Counted from the first letter of the stretch, positions 1 to 13,045 are shown. The stretch: 64,000 bases of DNA from Octopus vulgaris (GCA_951406725.2 OX597824.1:74276001-74340000); one strand, 5' to 3'. Notes: generated from the letters alone by a model not told the origin. A program made the numbers and translations.

Positions 1-82
1 ACTTAATGGATAGGGGCCAAGAGTCTGTAGTACTGCTACTCAATTCAGAGAGGGTTGTATTTTCCAATTCATCAATAGGAAT

Positions 83-504
83 TTATCCATGTTTACATCT
101 GCTGAAAATTTCAGATCTGGGATTCAGCAGTGCAGTGGAGTTCTTAAATCTGAAAAATATCTGTGTTCTTTCAGCTATGTATGGCTTACATTTTGTTTAT
201 CTATTGACATATGGTGTAGACTTTTGAACTATTTTCCACTTGATTGTATGTGGTGTGACGTTAGACTTCAAACACCATATGTGACTAGTTAGCTCAGTGT
301 CCTTTTGTCCCTGTCCCTGAAGATATATGGTTAGTATAGCGATTTTTGAAGTCACCTTCACTTAGCCCAATGTAGCTCTTTTTGGTTATGTTATCATCTA
401 GTGTTGCTGTAACCTCTGACTCATATGTGACAGATTTAGTCATGCACCCCTGGTCAAGTAGGCAGGTTCCAGGGTCTCGACAGTTACAACTGGAAGTAGG
501 TTCT
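83..504 (-). mobile_element. Decayed Penelope-like element (PLE) fragment encoding the C-terminal GIY-YIG endonuclease
   Basis: Manual minus-strand translation gives PTSSCNCRDPGTCLLDQGCMTKSVTYESEVTATLDDNITKKSYIGLSEGDFKNRYTNHISS, a frameshift, then TELTSHIWCLKSNVTPHTIKWKIVQKSTPYVNR*TKCKPYIAERTQIFFRFKNSTALLNPRSEIFSRCKHG*. The Cys cluster, YIG (366-374), FK.RY.NH, TEL..HIW.LK and LLN.RSEI...C.H motifs match PLE endonuclease C-termini. It is 5'-truncated at a (TA)n run. Confidence 0.85.
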
Positions 505-1206
505 TATATATATAGAATAGGCTCTATCTATCTATATCTATATATATGTGTGTGTGTGTGTGCATGCATAGTTGTGCAGTTAAGCTTACTTTGTAACCAC
601 GAGGCACCTTGCGTAAGTGTCCTCTACTATTACCTAGGCTAACCAAAGCCTTGTGTGTGGATTTGGTAGACAGAAACTGGAAGAAGCTCATGTATATATT
701 TATTTATATCTTATTTATTTCACAAGAAATTTGTCTCTTCAAAACTTTTATGAAAATATATTTTCATATCTCTCAAAGTTTCTAAACTTTTGTGGAATAA
801 ACAACATGTAATCCTTGCTGGTAAGAACAAAGACTTAAAAGATTGATTTGGTATAATGGTAGAACATCTGTTATGCTTACAGAAGAGATGAGTTCATGCC
901 CCATCAGTAGCATTTGATACTTTCTATCCCAGAACTGTGTTGGAACTGAATCTAAATATACGTGGTTTGGAAATAAGCTTCTCAACCACACCACCATACT
1001 TGTATCTTCAAAAACAGCAATATGACAATAAACAAATGCACCAGCTTGAATACTGTTTTAGCCACAGGTCAGTTGAACTTTATAAAAACAACTACAAATA
1101 CTACTACTACTACTACTACAACCATAATCACTATCAACATAATTATGGCCTCTTATGGCCACCAGTCAAAATATAAAGAGGGTCTATAGTAAAATAAAAA
1201 CAGCTA

Positions 1207-1570
1207 GGCATGGCCATGTGGTAAGAAGCTTGCTTCCCAACCACATGATTCTGGGTTCAGTTCTACTGCATGGCACCTTGGGCAAGTGTCTTCTGCTATA
1301 GCCTGGTGAGTGGATTTGGTAGATGGAAACTGAAAGAAGCCTGTATGTATATATTTATGTGTGTATGTTTTTGTGTCAGTGTTTGTACCCCTACCATTGC
1401 TTGACAATCAATGTTGGTGTATTTACCCCCCTGTAACTTAGCGGTTCTGCAAAAGAGACCGATAGAATAAGTACTAGGCTTACATAGAATAAGTCCTAGG
1501 GTCAATTTCTCTGACTAAAAACCCTTTAAGGTGGTGCTCCAGCATGGCCGCAGTAGTGATGGGAACAATA
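1207..1570 (+). mobile_element. tRNA-derived SINE, family A
   Basis: Head TGGCCATGTGGTAAG...GGTTCAGTTC (A/B-box-like), followed by GGCACCTTGGGCAAGTGTCTT, shared with many copies in the window. Confidence 0.8.
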
Positions 1571-2262
1571 GAAAAGAATGAGATTTAGTTGCAAGAAATA
1601 TAGAGACACATGTAGTTTTGTGAGAAGGCAAGGAAAGAAGGTATTTTTGGATGAGCTCCAGGAGGTCTCACAGACATGAAAATAGATGCACAGTGACCTA
1701 CTGATGGGTAAAATACAAAAACTCAGAGGAAGATGGAAAGCTGCTTGAAGTCTATTTTGGAAGTAAAAGTCATGCATTGCCTGGGAAAAACAATTTAGTA
1801 CTTCTTATATTCATTTCAGTGACTAGACACTGCAACAATATTGAGGCACCACCTTCATAGGTTTGGTTGCTGAAATTGACTTTATTGTTTATTGGTTGAT
1901 TTATTACTGAAGTTGTGAGACTGCAGCCATGTTGGCTCATCAGTTGTCAAACCATCCCCAACTCATGCAAGCATGGAAAACACGTTAAATGCTGATGATA
2001 ATAATGCTGATGGCAGTGGGTAGTATATATTAGTGGGGAAAGAGACACATATATTCTCAAATTTTGCATTATATGTGATATTCTCCTGTTAAATGGAATA
2101 AAGAAAATTTTATATTTGGAGTATTGTTATTATTGACGTGTCAGCACTTTACAGTATCTGTGTCTTGAGCTGTGCATGCAAGCTGGCATCTTACACAGCT
2201 TAAATTCTTCATTTTGATTTACTAGCACTGTTAAAGTTAAATTTCCAAGGGTGGCATAAACG

Positions 2263-4153
2263 ATCATCATCATCATCACTTAACCCTTTCGTTACTGTAT
2301 TTATTTTGAGATGCTCTGTGCTTCTTTGAATTACTTTAAATATAACAAAGAATTTAGTTAAAAAACTTAGTTATCATTCAGCTGGCATTAGGAACATAAA
2401 GTGTGACTAAGGTTTGGTAGAAAATTTTAATTAAAAACTTATGAAGACAAAACATTTGTACTCAAAGCTAGAGCCAGTTTCAGCCGGGTTGGAAACGAAA
2501 GGGTTAATGTCCATTTTCCATGCTGGCATGGGTTTGATGGTTTAACTGAAACTGTTAAGCTGAGGAGCTGCATCAAGTTCCAGTCTGATTTGGCATGGTT
2601 TCTATGGCTTGATGCCTTTCCTAATGCCAACTACTCCAAGAGTGTAGTGGGTGATTTTTACATGCTACTAGCATGGGTCTCAGTTACGAAACACAGCATC
2701 GGCCACAACTATGATCTCACTTGGCTTGAGAGGTCTTCCTAAGCACAGTATATCATCAAAGGTCTTGATCACTTGTCACTGCCTCCATGAGGCCCCAATG
2801 TTCAAAGGGTGCGTTTTATGTGCCACTGGCACGAGCCATGATTACAATTTTGCTTGGCTTGACAGGTCTTCTCAAGCACAGCATATTGCTCAATGCTCGA
2901 AGAGTGTTTTTCATGTGCCACCAGCAAGGGTACCAGGTATGTCACACTAACATTGGCCATGACATCAATTTCACTTGGCTTGCTGGGTCTTCTCAAGAAC
3001 AGCATATCTCCAAAGGTCTCAGTCACTTGTCTGCCTCTGTGAGGCCCAACATTTTAAGATCATGCTTCACCACTTCGGCCCATGCCTTCCTGAGTCTACC
3101 TCACCCACAGGTTCCCTCCACAGTCAGAGATTGGCACTTTTGTACACAGCTATCCTCATCCATACACATCACATGACCATCCCAGTGCAGTCATCTCGCT
3201 TACACACCACATTTGATGCCTCTTATGTCCAACTTTTCTCTCAAGACAATTACACACTGTTGTGCATGCACACTGACATTGCACATCCAGTGAAGCATAC
3301 TAGCTTCATTTCTTTCAAGCTAATGCATGTCCTTGGTCACTGCCCATGTTCCACTGCCATGTAGTATGGCTGTTCACACACAGGTATCATACTATCTGCC
3401 TTTCATTCTGAGAGGCTCTTTGTTACCAACAGGGGTAGCTCTCTGAACTTCACCCAGCCTATTTTTATTCTAGCAGCTACACTCTTGAAGCATCCACCTC
3501 CACTACTGACTTGGTTGCCTAGATAAAAGAAGCCATCAACTACTTCTAGTTTTTCCCCACAGGCATTTGATGGAGTATATTTTCTGTACATTTTTCGTGT
3601 TAATTGTACCTGTACACCTGCCACACACAAAAATATTTCCGTTAACCTTCTTCTAATATTGCTGCACCTCTTATGTATCCATAGCTTACACTGGGTACAT
3701 CTTATGGAATTTCTACCTATGCCTTTCATACAGATTGAACAGGGCCATCTGCCTGAAGAGATTTGTAATTTGTCTGCTCTCCTACTTACTAAGACTTTGG
3801 GTTTTGTTAGATTAACTGTAAGGCTCTATGATTCTAGACCTTGCTTCCACACCTGACATTTCTTCTCTAGTTCTGATAGTGATTCAGCTGATAGAACATG
3901 GTCATCAGCATAAATGAGCTCCCAGGGACAGCCCGTCTTAAATTCCTGTTATTGCCTGCAGGACTATGACGAACAAGAGGGTGCTGAGGACTGATCCTTG
4001 GTGAACCCCTACTTGTATCCTGAATTTATCGCTATACTAGTTGCTAGCCTTTACTTTACTGATAGCATCCCAGTATATGGCTTGTACGGCTCTCACCAAC
4101 AACTCATCTATCCCTAGCCTCTGCATTGACCACCAGATAAGGTAGCAGGGGAC
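2263..4153 (-). mobile_element. 5'-truncated, degraded RTE-type LINE (RT C-terminus, Cys-rich segment, 3'UTR with (ATG)n tail)
   Basis: Minus strand encodes VGVHQGSVLSTLLF (HQGS at 3992-4003), WELIYADD (YADD at 3901-3912) and GIGRNSIRCTQCKLWIHKRCS, with stops and frameshifts. Short copies of its 3'UTR (CCATGCTAGCATGG...AACGATGATGATG) recur near 8550, 9745, 12860, 16790, 26300, 31430, 55195 and 62810. Confidence 0.85.
2284..2503 (+). mobile_element. piggyBac-type MITE nested in the LINE tail
   Basis: TTAA on both sides (2280-2283, 2504-2507) and terminal inverted repeats CCCTTTCGTT/AACGAAAGGG. A near-identical copy lies at 23714-23933. Confidence 0.85.
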
Positions 4154-4575
4154 TCAAATTTCATTTTTCTTAAAAAAAATAATAGATAAAAAGGCTTTTA
4201 TTCATTGCAAAAAAACAGAAATCAACAATTCAGATTAATTGAAGGTGCAATCAATTGTAAATAGTATGATAATTCCTCATTTAAAATTACTTAGTATAGA
4301 ATTTTTTTATTTTTTATCTTGCTAGTGATGATGTTGCATTGTTGAAAATTCCTTTACATTTTTTTTTTATAAGTCATGGGCAAAGGGGCCAGTATTCCTG
4401 ACTTTTTGAAGTCCTTCCTGAATTCAAAGTAATTGAAAGAAACACTGAGCATCTCAAAATAAATACAGTAACGAAAGGGTTAAGTGATGATGATGATGAT
4501 CAATGTTTGCATGAAAAAAAACCATGAATATTGTTTCTTCTTCTCAAACCAATCTTGGAGAGCTTACCAAATATC

Positions 4576-4809
4576 TATTTCTTTATTACTCACAAGGGGA
4601 TAAACACAGAGAGAACAAACAAGGACAGACAAACAGATTAAGTCGATTATATCAACCCCAGTGCATAACTGGTACTTATTTAATCGACCTCCGAAAGGAT
4701 GAAAGGCAAAGTTGACCTCAGCGGAATTTGAACTCGGAACGTAGTGGCAGACGAAATACCGATAAGCATTTCGCCCGGCGTGCTAACGTTTCTGCCAGCT
4801 CACCGCCTT
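4576..4809 (-). mobile_element. SINE family B (GGCGGCGAGCTGGCAGAA head)
   Basis: Full monomer with a GCCTTTCATCCTTTCGG..GTCGAT core (resembles a Deu/Nin-type SINE domain from memory), flanked by TSD CAAATATC. Other copies at about 15611-15841, 25315-25547, 34581-34808 and 61221-61450. Confidence 0.8.
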
Positions 4810-4930
4810 CAAATATCAGAAGTTTGGAGAGCTTACCAAAAATCAGATGTTCTTCTGTCTAGGCCATAATTTCTTTTTTTTTTTTTGTTCTGAATAAAAA
4901 GTTAACTCAATCAAAACTTATATTTCAATA

Positions 4931-4936
4931 TTTATT
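4931..4936 (-). promoter_or_regulatory. Candidate polyadenylation signal (AATAAA) of the FGD6-like gene
   Basis: TTTATT on the plus strand about 1.05 kb downstream of the stop codon. Alternatives exist at 4197-4202 and near 4305. Confidence 0.3.
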
Positions 4937-5158
4937 TTAATTACTTTGATTCATTTAGTTTTATCATTTTGTTTAATACAGGGTAAAAATCCATCTCTCC
5001 CATACAGTCATCACTCCTTTCCTTCTCCCCCCACCTACCCTTACAAAAAAAGGTCAATATCATGAAATATTTAAAAAAATAGATTTTCAATTTATAACAT
5101 CACATTTATATATATATATGCATTAGTGTCTTTCTTTTTGATTTTTGCTTCACATGTT

Positions 5159-5773
5159 TTCATTTAACACAGGTCTTCAATAGAATATGAGTATTCATTG
5201 AATGCAGGCCTTCATTTAAACATAAGTTTTTGTTTAGCACAAAACTTTCCTTTAAATATGAAACCTTCATTTACCAAAGGTCTTTTCATTTAATACAGGC
5301 CTTCCTTTAAATAAAAATCTCCATTACGACAGCTAACATTTAGGTATTAGCCTTCGTTCAATACAGGCCTTCATTTAACACAAGCTTTTGTTTAACATAA
5401 GACTTTCATTTACAAGATTCTCCATTTAAAAAAAAGTCTTTAATTCAGATTTTCCTTTAAATAAAAAAAAAAAAATTCATTAATACAGTCATTAATTTAA
5501 GCATTAGTCTTCATTTAATGCAAGTCTTCGTTTAATGTAGGGCTTCATTTCACACAAGCCTTCATTTAACATGAGTTTCCATTTCAACATATACCAATTT
5601 GTTAATACAATCCTTCTGTGATCATGAGTATTCCTTTTTTAACACAAGGTTTAATTTAAGCACAATTTTTTGTTGATCACAGGCTTTTATATGAACAGAT
5701 GTCACTTTTGTTTAACACAGCTTTTCCTTGAAAAGAATTGTTTTTTTTTTTTGCTTTTTGTTTAACAGGCTTT
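5159..5773. repeat. Degenerate ~17-19 bp tandem array (approx. CTTCATTTAACACAGGC) in the probable 3'UTR
   Basis: About 30 diverged units, e.g. TTCATTTAACACAGGTC, TTCATTGAATGCAGGCC, TTCATTTAATACAGGCC, TTCATTTCACACAAGCC. Confidence 0.8.
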
Positions 5774-5977
5774 GACTTGTATCAAAAATTGTTTATGTCT
5801 GAGTATTGAAAACATATACATATAAAACAGCATCTGCTTGACTACTGATCCACGTGACCAGCTATACGTCTTCTTCTAGGATGGAATCGATGTGTTTCAC
5901 AGATAAATTGTAATTATTTCCAACAAGAAACATATATTTAGGTCTGTCTGTCATTGGTCCACCATCTATTCCATTTG

Positions 5978-6014
5978 CTAGGGCACTGAAGCTTCAAGTA
6001 ATACTGTCACCCAT
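5978..6014 (-). CDS. FGD6: FGD6-like terminal coding exon, (K)WVTVLLEASVP*
   Basis: ttttcag acceptor; phase 2 matches the previous exon; supplies the conserved Trp helix of the second PH domain; TAG at 5978-5980. Confidence 0.85.
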
Positions 6015-7620
6015 CTGAAAATAAAATAAAAAGATATTTACTATGATGTGTACGTATAGTAAAGCTAGCACACCCTCACCTAGTTTAACACCACCGTCTA
6101 GAATGTGGGTGCCTAAAGCAGGGTTCACTTTGTTACATTCAAACCAAAAACCTCTCTCATGAAGCCTTTTCTACCTATGTATAGCCACGTATTTAACAGA
6201 CATTTAGACTGAACATCAACAGTTTTGAAGGAACAGCAAAAGACAAGAGCACTTCTCTAATTAACTTATCAAAGGTAAAAAAAAGAAGAAAAAGAACGCA
6301 TGTGTGTGTGTGTGTGTGTGTACATGCATTCATTAACATGTGATGTAGATCTGAATTACTAAAAGTTTTTTTGGATTGCTTTGATCTCAGTGGGTCATTT
6401 AAGACATAATGTCACCGTCACCATCACCGACCAGGCTATCAGATGTTGCTACACATCGCTGGTCACAATGCGCTTCGCATTGTTTTAGCCTTCAAATGAC
6501 ACCACCCCACTAGCTAAGCAAGCAGGCCAACAGAAGAAAGAGTGAGAGAAAGTTGTGGCGAAAGAGTACAGCAGGGATCACCACCACCTCCTGCCAGAGC
6601 CTCGTGGAGCTTTAGGTGTTTTCGCTCAATAAACACTCACAATGCCTGGTCTGGTAATCAAAACTGCAATCCTACGACCGTGAGTCTGCTGCTCTAACCA
6701 CTGGGCCATTGCACCTCCACAAGACATAATGTACCATTTGAAATACATAATTTTCAACTTTGTTTTTCACATTTGAAAATTACTAACTGCATTGCCCTGA
6801 TTTTGTTGGGAGCTTCTGTTTCTTGCCTATATTCTATTCATGTCTTAGGGTGTAAAATTTGCTCAGAATTACTTTCTGCAGCTCTTAGAATTGTACTGTC
6901 TATCACAAAACCCAATCCTTATTGCTGTGTGGTGATCTATGCCAACAGCGTGCAAAATCCTGGTAAAGCCTTCTATGCAAGACTGGTCCCTGTCAAAGGA
7001 CAGGGACCAGACTAATAATTGACCACCACTTTCCAGACATAAAACTGTATTTACATGGGGACAACAGCCCTACCTAAGAAAAAAATGATAAGTTATAGAA
7101 ACATTGATGACAATTCAGAACCAACAAGACTGATAGAGAAGAAGGCCTTTGCTTAGGGTGTACCCCACCTACCATACTGAAGGAGTAGCTCTGAAGTCAG
7201 CCCAGAGTTAATAACATTGGAGAAAAGTGTCCATGGCCTATGTTCCATGGATAGAATAATACTGTAGTTTATTCTACTGACTCTGGAGAGATTAAAAGTG
7301 AATTTGGGTAGTAGACTTAAACTGTAACTCAATTTAACATCACTGCCTGACACTCAATGCTTACTATTCAGGCCAAGCCTCCAGTTTGGGCCCCCACCCC
7401 ACGCTACCCCACAATCTCAGGAATCCTTGATGGGTCCAGAGCACCAATGCTTCCCTCCAATTTTTCGTTGAGGGGTGAAGAAATTTGCTTGTGTGTAAGA
7501 TTTTGTTATTCTTTATAAAGTATTTGTGCATCCAAACATCTAACCATTGCTCAAATCTCTTCAATTAAAACTAAATAAATTCGGTTTTATCATGAAAACT
7601 CTGAGTGCTGTGTGTGTGTT

Positions 7621-7681
<61 letters not shown>

Positions 7682-8348
7682 TATGTGCGTGTGTGTACGC
7701 ACGAGCTGGTTATAAAACGTATGGGCGTACACAAACGTATACTTAGAAGAGAAACTGATAGATATTGCCTTCGCCTTCTGACTAAAAGATTTTAAAAAAA
7801 GTTCAGAACGAAGAACTATGGAAACTAAACATGGCTAGAAATTTATTCCGAGAATGTACCGTTTCTCTTACCAACATTCTCAATGAACAAATTCTACCGA
7901 TTATTACGATATTAAACAATGAAAAATAAATAAACCAATTTCAAAGAGAGATAACTCGAGATTACAGCAAAGGTTATCTCCCTTATGAAACTAAATGAAC
8001 CGCTATTATATATTTTTATATATATTTTTACTTTTTCTTATAAAAGCTTTTTGTCGGCAAATATAACCAGAGACGATCATAAATAAGTATGTTTACGAAA
8101 GCAACCTCAACAATACTCTCAGATATTGTTACATAAATACTATAATGTAGGAATTTAGCTGTAGCAACCTGAAATATGAACAGGTAGAATGTCAGGTGAG
8201 TCTCACAGACTGATTAGTTAATAGCTTCATTTACCACCTGAACTAAAATGACGAATTTCTAGGTTTGAGTAACATTCGTTTGCATCTTCTATGAAAGATA
8301 TAAAACAACCTAAATCAGATGTCACAGTAACATTACGTTGGCCTTAAT

Positions 8349-8975
8349 ATTGTTTGCAGTCGTGTTTGTTTGTTTGTCCATGGACAAGATATCTCAAGAA
8401 CAGCTGGATGGATTCTAATGAAACTTTCAGGGATGTTTGGCCTCGCGACTGGCACAAACTGATCACATTTTGGGATCGATCCGGTACCAGACAAGGATTC
8501 TGGATCATTCTTTTTTTTTTTTACATAATTTTTGAGAGCGGTCGGGTTCATTATCATCATTTAACGTCCGTTTTCCATGCTAGCATGGGTTGGACGGTTT
8601 AACTGGGGTCTGGGAAGCCAGAAGGCTGCACCAGGCCCAGTCTCATCTGGCCATGTTTCTACGGTTAGATGCCTTTCCTAACGCCAGCCACTCCATGAGT
8701 GTAGTGGGTGCTTTTTACATGCCACCGGCACAGGTGCCACATGAAGCTGGCAAACGGCCACAATCAGATGGTGCTTTTTATGTGCCACCGGGGAGGCTGG
8801 CAACGACCACGATCGGATGGTGCTTTTTACGTGCCACAGTATTGTCGTTTGTGAGAGCAGTCGAGTTTATTTCAGATATTCTCATTTAAAAATAACCTCC
8901 GGCTAATCGTTGAGAGGACGTTGATGTCTTGGCGGAGGTTTGCGCTTTCTGAGTGCTCTTATTGTATTTAATATT
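8349..8975 (+). mobile_element. Helentron/DINE-1-like non-autonomous element interrupted by a LINE 3'UTR fragment (~8552-8838)
   Basis: Homologous to 17371-17734 in the opposite orientation; ends with GGCGGAGGT and hairpin GCGCTTTCTGAGTGC. Confidence 0.65.
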
Positions 8976-9789
8976 GCAAATGGTGGAAAATAATGTTACT
9001 GGTTTCTGTTTTACATTGAGATTATCACTGATTTACTGGATTTCTGATGGTGAGGGTAACAACGGAGTGACAGTAACTCACTGCCGAACTTTATTGCTAA
9101 AACACCGGTTTCCTGGCCACTCCTTTGCAAATACACATCAGCAAAATATATACAGACACACAGGTGTGTGTGTGTTTGCTTGAAGTCCGTTTCTCAATGG
9201 TATTATGGTTTAGACATGTGACTTATTTGAGATAGCATTTTACAACTGGGTGCCCTTCCTGTCACCAACTCTAAATTGTTTATCTAAGTGAAGGATTATG
9301 TCTTTTTCATTTTATACAACAGGTCTTTGAAAGCAGAACAACTGATATTATAGGGAAATGCAAACATTCCCTTTGCTGTTTTGCTCAAGCAAAGACAACT
9401 GAAGCCATGAAATGTCAACATTTCCAAGTACACACACACACAGCTATTGAAAATAATCTTTCAAAAGAAAATGAATTCTGTCACGATTGAAGTCCCATGG
9501 TTTTAACTAAGAGTGAGATACCGCACTTCATGTTACATGGTAAAGTGATCAAAACACACACATACATACATACATACATAAAATACAAAATGGGACAAGA
9601 ACACAAACCATCCAGATAGACAATACAAAGAAAACAAGGACAGGTCATTTGAAGTTTTCTTTCCTCAGTCAAGTACCAGATTATCTTCGCAATTTCGGCT
9701 GATATATATATGTATGTGTATGTATATATATATATATATATCATCATCATCATCATCATTTAGCGTCCGCTTTCCATGCTGGCATGGGT

Positions 9790-9831
<42 letters not shown>

Positions 9832-10095
9832 CATACAATAGGCTTCTTTTAGTTTCTGTCTACCATATCCACTCATAAGGCTTTGCTCAGCTTGAGGCTA
9901 TAGTAGAAGACACTTGCCCAAGGCGTCATGCAGTGAGACCAAACCCGGAACTATGTGGTTGAGAAACAAGCTTCTTACCACACATCCATGCCTATATATA
10001 TATCTATATATTCACACACACATATAAATGTGTGTGTGAAATAAGTAAGTAAAAGGCAAATACAAATAAAGAAAGATAATAAAATGTAAAATTAC

Positions 10096-10196
10096 TTCTC
10101 TGTTGATGCTGCACTATCAGTTTGGAATCTCATGGGCTGCATTCCTGAATGTGTAAGTTCAAACAAAAGATGGCGTTCTATGCCTTCATACCATTG
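10096..10196 (-). CDS. FGD6: FGD6-like exon, PH2: QWYEGIERHLLFELTHSGMQPMRFQTDSAASTE
   Basis: tag acceptor, gtaat donor, 101 nt, phase 0 to 2, open frame. Confidence 0.88.
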
Positions 10197-10612
10197 CTAC
10201 ACAAGAAAGAGAGAGAAATAATGTTGGAGGTTAGTGGAAAGTAAAAAGGAACATATTACAAGCTTTAATTAATTAAGTGAAAAAATTAACTCTAAACTTG
10301 GTATTGGAATTAGTTGATTAAATTGACCCAGTGTTTATTTAACTGGTACTTAATTTATCAACTCTGAAAGGATGAAAAGTAAAGTCGATCTTGGCAGAAT
10401 TCAAACATAGAATGTAAATTAGGGTGCAATGCCACTAAGCATTGCATCTAGTGTGCTACCAGTTCAGCAAGCTGACTACCTTAAAGATAACATTAACGAT
10501 TGACTTCCTGTCAAAGACAGTGTATGAATGTTCACCTTTTGCCAAACGACCTGCACAAATGATTTGTTTATAATGATCTTGCTATCATCAGTTTAATGCC
10601 CTAACCACTAGG

Positions 10613-10711
10613 CAAGAAGAAGAAGAAGAAGAAGAAGAAGAAGAAGAAGAAGAAGAAGAAGGAGGAGGAGGAGGAGAAAGAGAAGAAGGAGGAGGAGAAG
10701 AAGAGGAAGAG

Positions 10712-10755
<44 letters not shown>

Positions 10756-10765
10756 TTAATAATAA
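10613..10765. repeat. Compound (GAA)n/(GAG)n/(TAA)n microsatellite
   Basis: Directly visible trinucleotide runs. Confidence 0.95.
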
Positions 10766-11307
10766 CAAATGCCCTGATGCAGTACCAGGCATTGGCTCTC
10801 ATGGGTTCTGATCTTAACTGATTGGAAGTGTTATTATGTACATTGTTTTGTCTTGGTATAAAAGATGGACTACAGCAAATATTCTGATCAATAGCACAGA
10901 TTTGCTTGTCAGTTGTTTGACCTTAAGCAGTTGAGCATGTCCCTTAGTGGCTGACGATATGTGCATCTCTGACCAAGAGCAGTAGTGGGTTGCATCATAG
11001 CCATGTGTTGAGAGGAATTCTTTGGAGTTTGAATAATTCACCTCTGGAAACATGGGTGTTTCGTTCAACATCCTTAAATAACCCTTATTCAGGGACCTTT
11101 TGAGTGGGATGGGCTACTCGCCCAGAAGAAAATTCTAACTAGGCCCCACCTGCAAGGTCATATGCTGTTTATCTTGATATGCGATCACCATGTTGCGCAC
11201 ATATGGTTGTGATGCATGTGCCTGGTGTACCCTTATCAGATGGGTATACTGGACTTCGTATATTTTACCCCAGTGTCACTTTGATGGCATGCACTGCTCT
11301 CTCACTC
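10766..11307. mobile_element. Interspersed repeat embedded in (TAA)n; second copy at ~17958-18215
   Basis: Shared CTGACGATATGTGCATCTCTGA...GAGAGGAATTCTTTGG...CCCCACCTGCA. Both copies begin directly after (TAA)n runs. Confidence 0.65.
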
Positions 11308-12076
11308 AATAATAATAATAATAATGGCTTCAAATTTTGCCACAAAGGCAGCCACTTTAGGGGAGGGGATGAGTCTATTACATTGACCCCACTGTTCAAC
11401 TGGTACTTATTTTATCGACCCCGAAACGATGAAAGGCAAAGTCGACCTCAGCGGAATTCGAGCTCAGAATGTAAAGATGGACGAAAAGCCACTAAGCATT
11501 TTGCCTGGCGTACTAATGATTCTACCAGCTCAACACCTTAATAATAATCCTTTCTACAAAAGGTACAAAACTATCAATTTTAGGGGAAGGGTTTACATTG
11601 ATTCCAGTACTCCACTGGTATTTATTTTACGAATCTCAAAAAAAATGAAGGCAAAGTTGGTCACAGCAGCATTTGAACTCAGAATGTAGAGAACTGGAAG
11701 AAATGCTGCAATGCAAATCTTTGTGTGCTCTATTTTTTACCTTTGCTGTTACCCACAGTGTCTTAGGTCTTTGTAACCAATAAAAGAAATTATTATTATT
11801 ATTATTATTATCAAGATGGCCAACTGGCAGAATTGTTAGCGCATCAGACAAAATGATATGTGTGTGTGTGTGTGTCTTTTATCTTTTACTTGTTTCAGAC
11901 AAGAAGAGAAAGAGAGAGAGAGAGAGATTTGATTTCCGAAAATGATACTATTCCAAAATTCAATGAAAGCATGAATAATTATACTTACATTGCGTGCTCT
12001 TGGATCGGAGGAGTTGGAATTTGTGCTTAAGCTTCCAGAGCCATCACCAGCCTCCTGCAAATAAAAATAATATAGC

Positions 12077-12113
<37 letters not shown>

Positions 12114-12600
12114 ACATACATATATAGGTTGTGTGTGTGTTGTGTGTTTCTGTTTCCTTGCCTGATTGTAAACAAAGGTCACAGTCATACAAACACAATG
12201 ACACACACATATGTATATATATAGTCTGTATATATATGTATATTAAATATATATACATATATATATAGCAATAAGAAAATAGAGGAGATCAATAGGTGGT
12301 TCATCAACTTTTAGACATTATATTATGGTAACTTATTTATTTACTAAACTGATAATTATAATAGTATACATACATATCTCCAACGAATTCTATGAATAAA
12401 TTCATTTATCCTAAAGACTAGTTCCTTAATATATGTGTCTTTAGGTGGGAGTACACTAGGTAATGTAATTACAATGCAATAAAAAACACTTGCGTATTAA
12501 TAATTGGGTATTCTACCTGCAGTATATTGGATAGATATTATCCCTTAGTGGGTTGGATTCACAACCTCTAACTTTCTTGGAGTCATATATATATATATAT

Positions 12601-12740
12601 ATATAATTATAACAATAAAGGTTTTTGCAACAAGTTGCTTGACCACATACCGAAAATTTTTAGCAGCCAGAGGACTGCTATTTCTTTTCGGTATGTGGTC
12701 AAGCAACTTGTTGCAAAGACCCTTATTGTTATAATTATAT
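12601..12740. repeat. 56-bp inverted repeat (2 mismatches) with inner TAGCAG/CTGCTA stem, in a (TA)n-flanked insertion
   Basis: 12601-12656 is the reverse complement of 12685-12740. Confidence 0.9.
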
Positions 12741-13001
12741 AAACTTTTACCGAATATGGTCCCTTTTCTATACCGAAATACTACTAGGTGAAATTTGTTG
12801 ATTTTATTAAATTAATTATATTTCACCCTTTATCTGTAATACATATATATATATATATAGGAAGGGCGTTAGGAAGGGCATCCAGCTGTAGAAACACTGC
12901 CAGATCTGACTGGCCTGGTGCAGCCTTCGGGCTCGCCAGACCCCAGTTGAACCGTCCAACCCATGCTAGCATGGAAAGCGGACGTTAAACGATGATGATG
13001 A

Positions 13002-13045
<44 letters not shown>

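Noticed and set aside
3403-3729. Host zinc-finger/PHD gene
   Set aside because: It lies directly downstream of the RT YADD motif within a decayed LINE.
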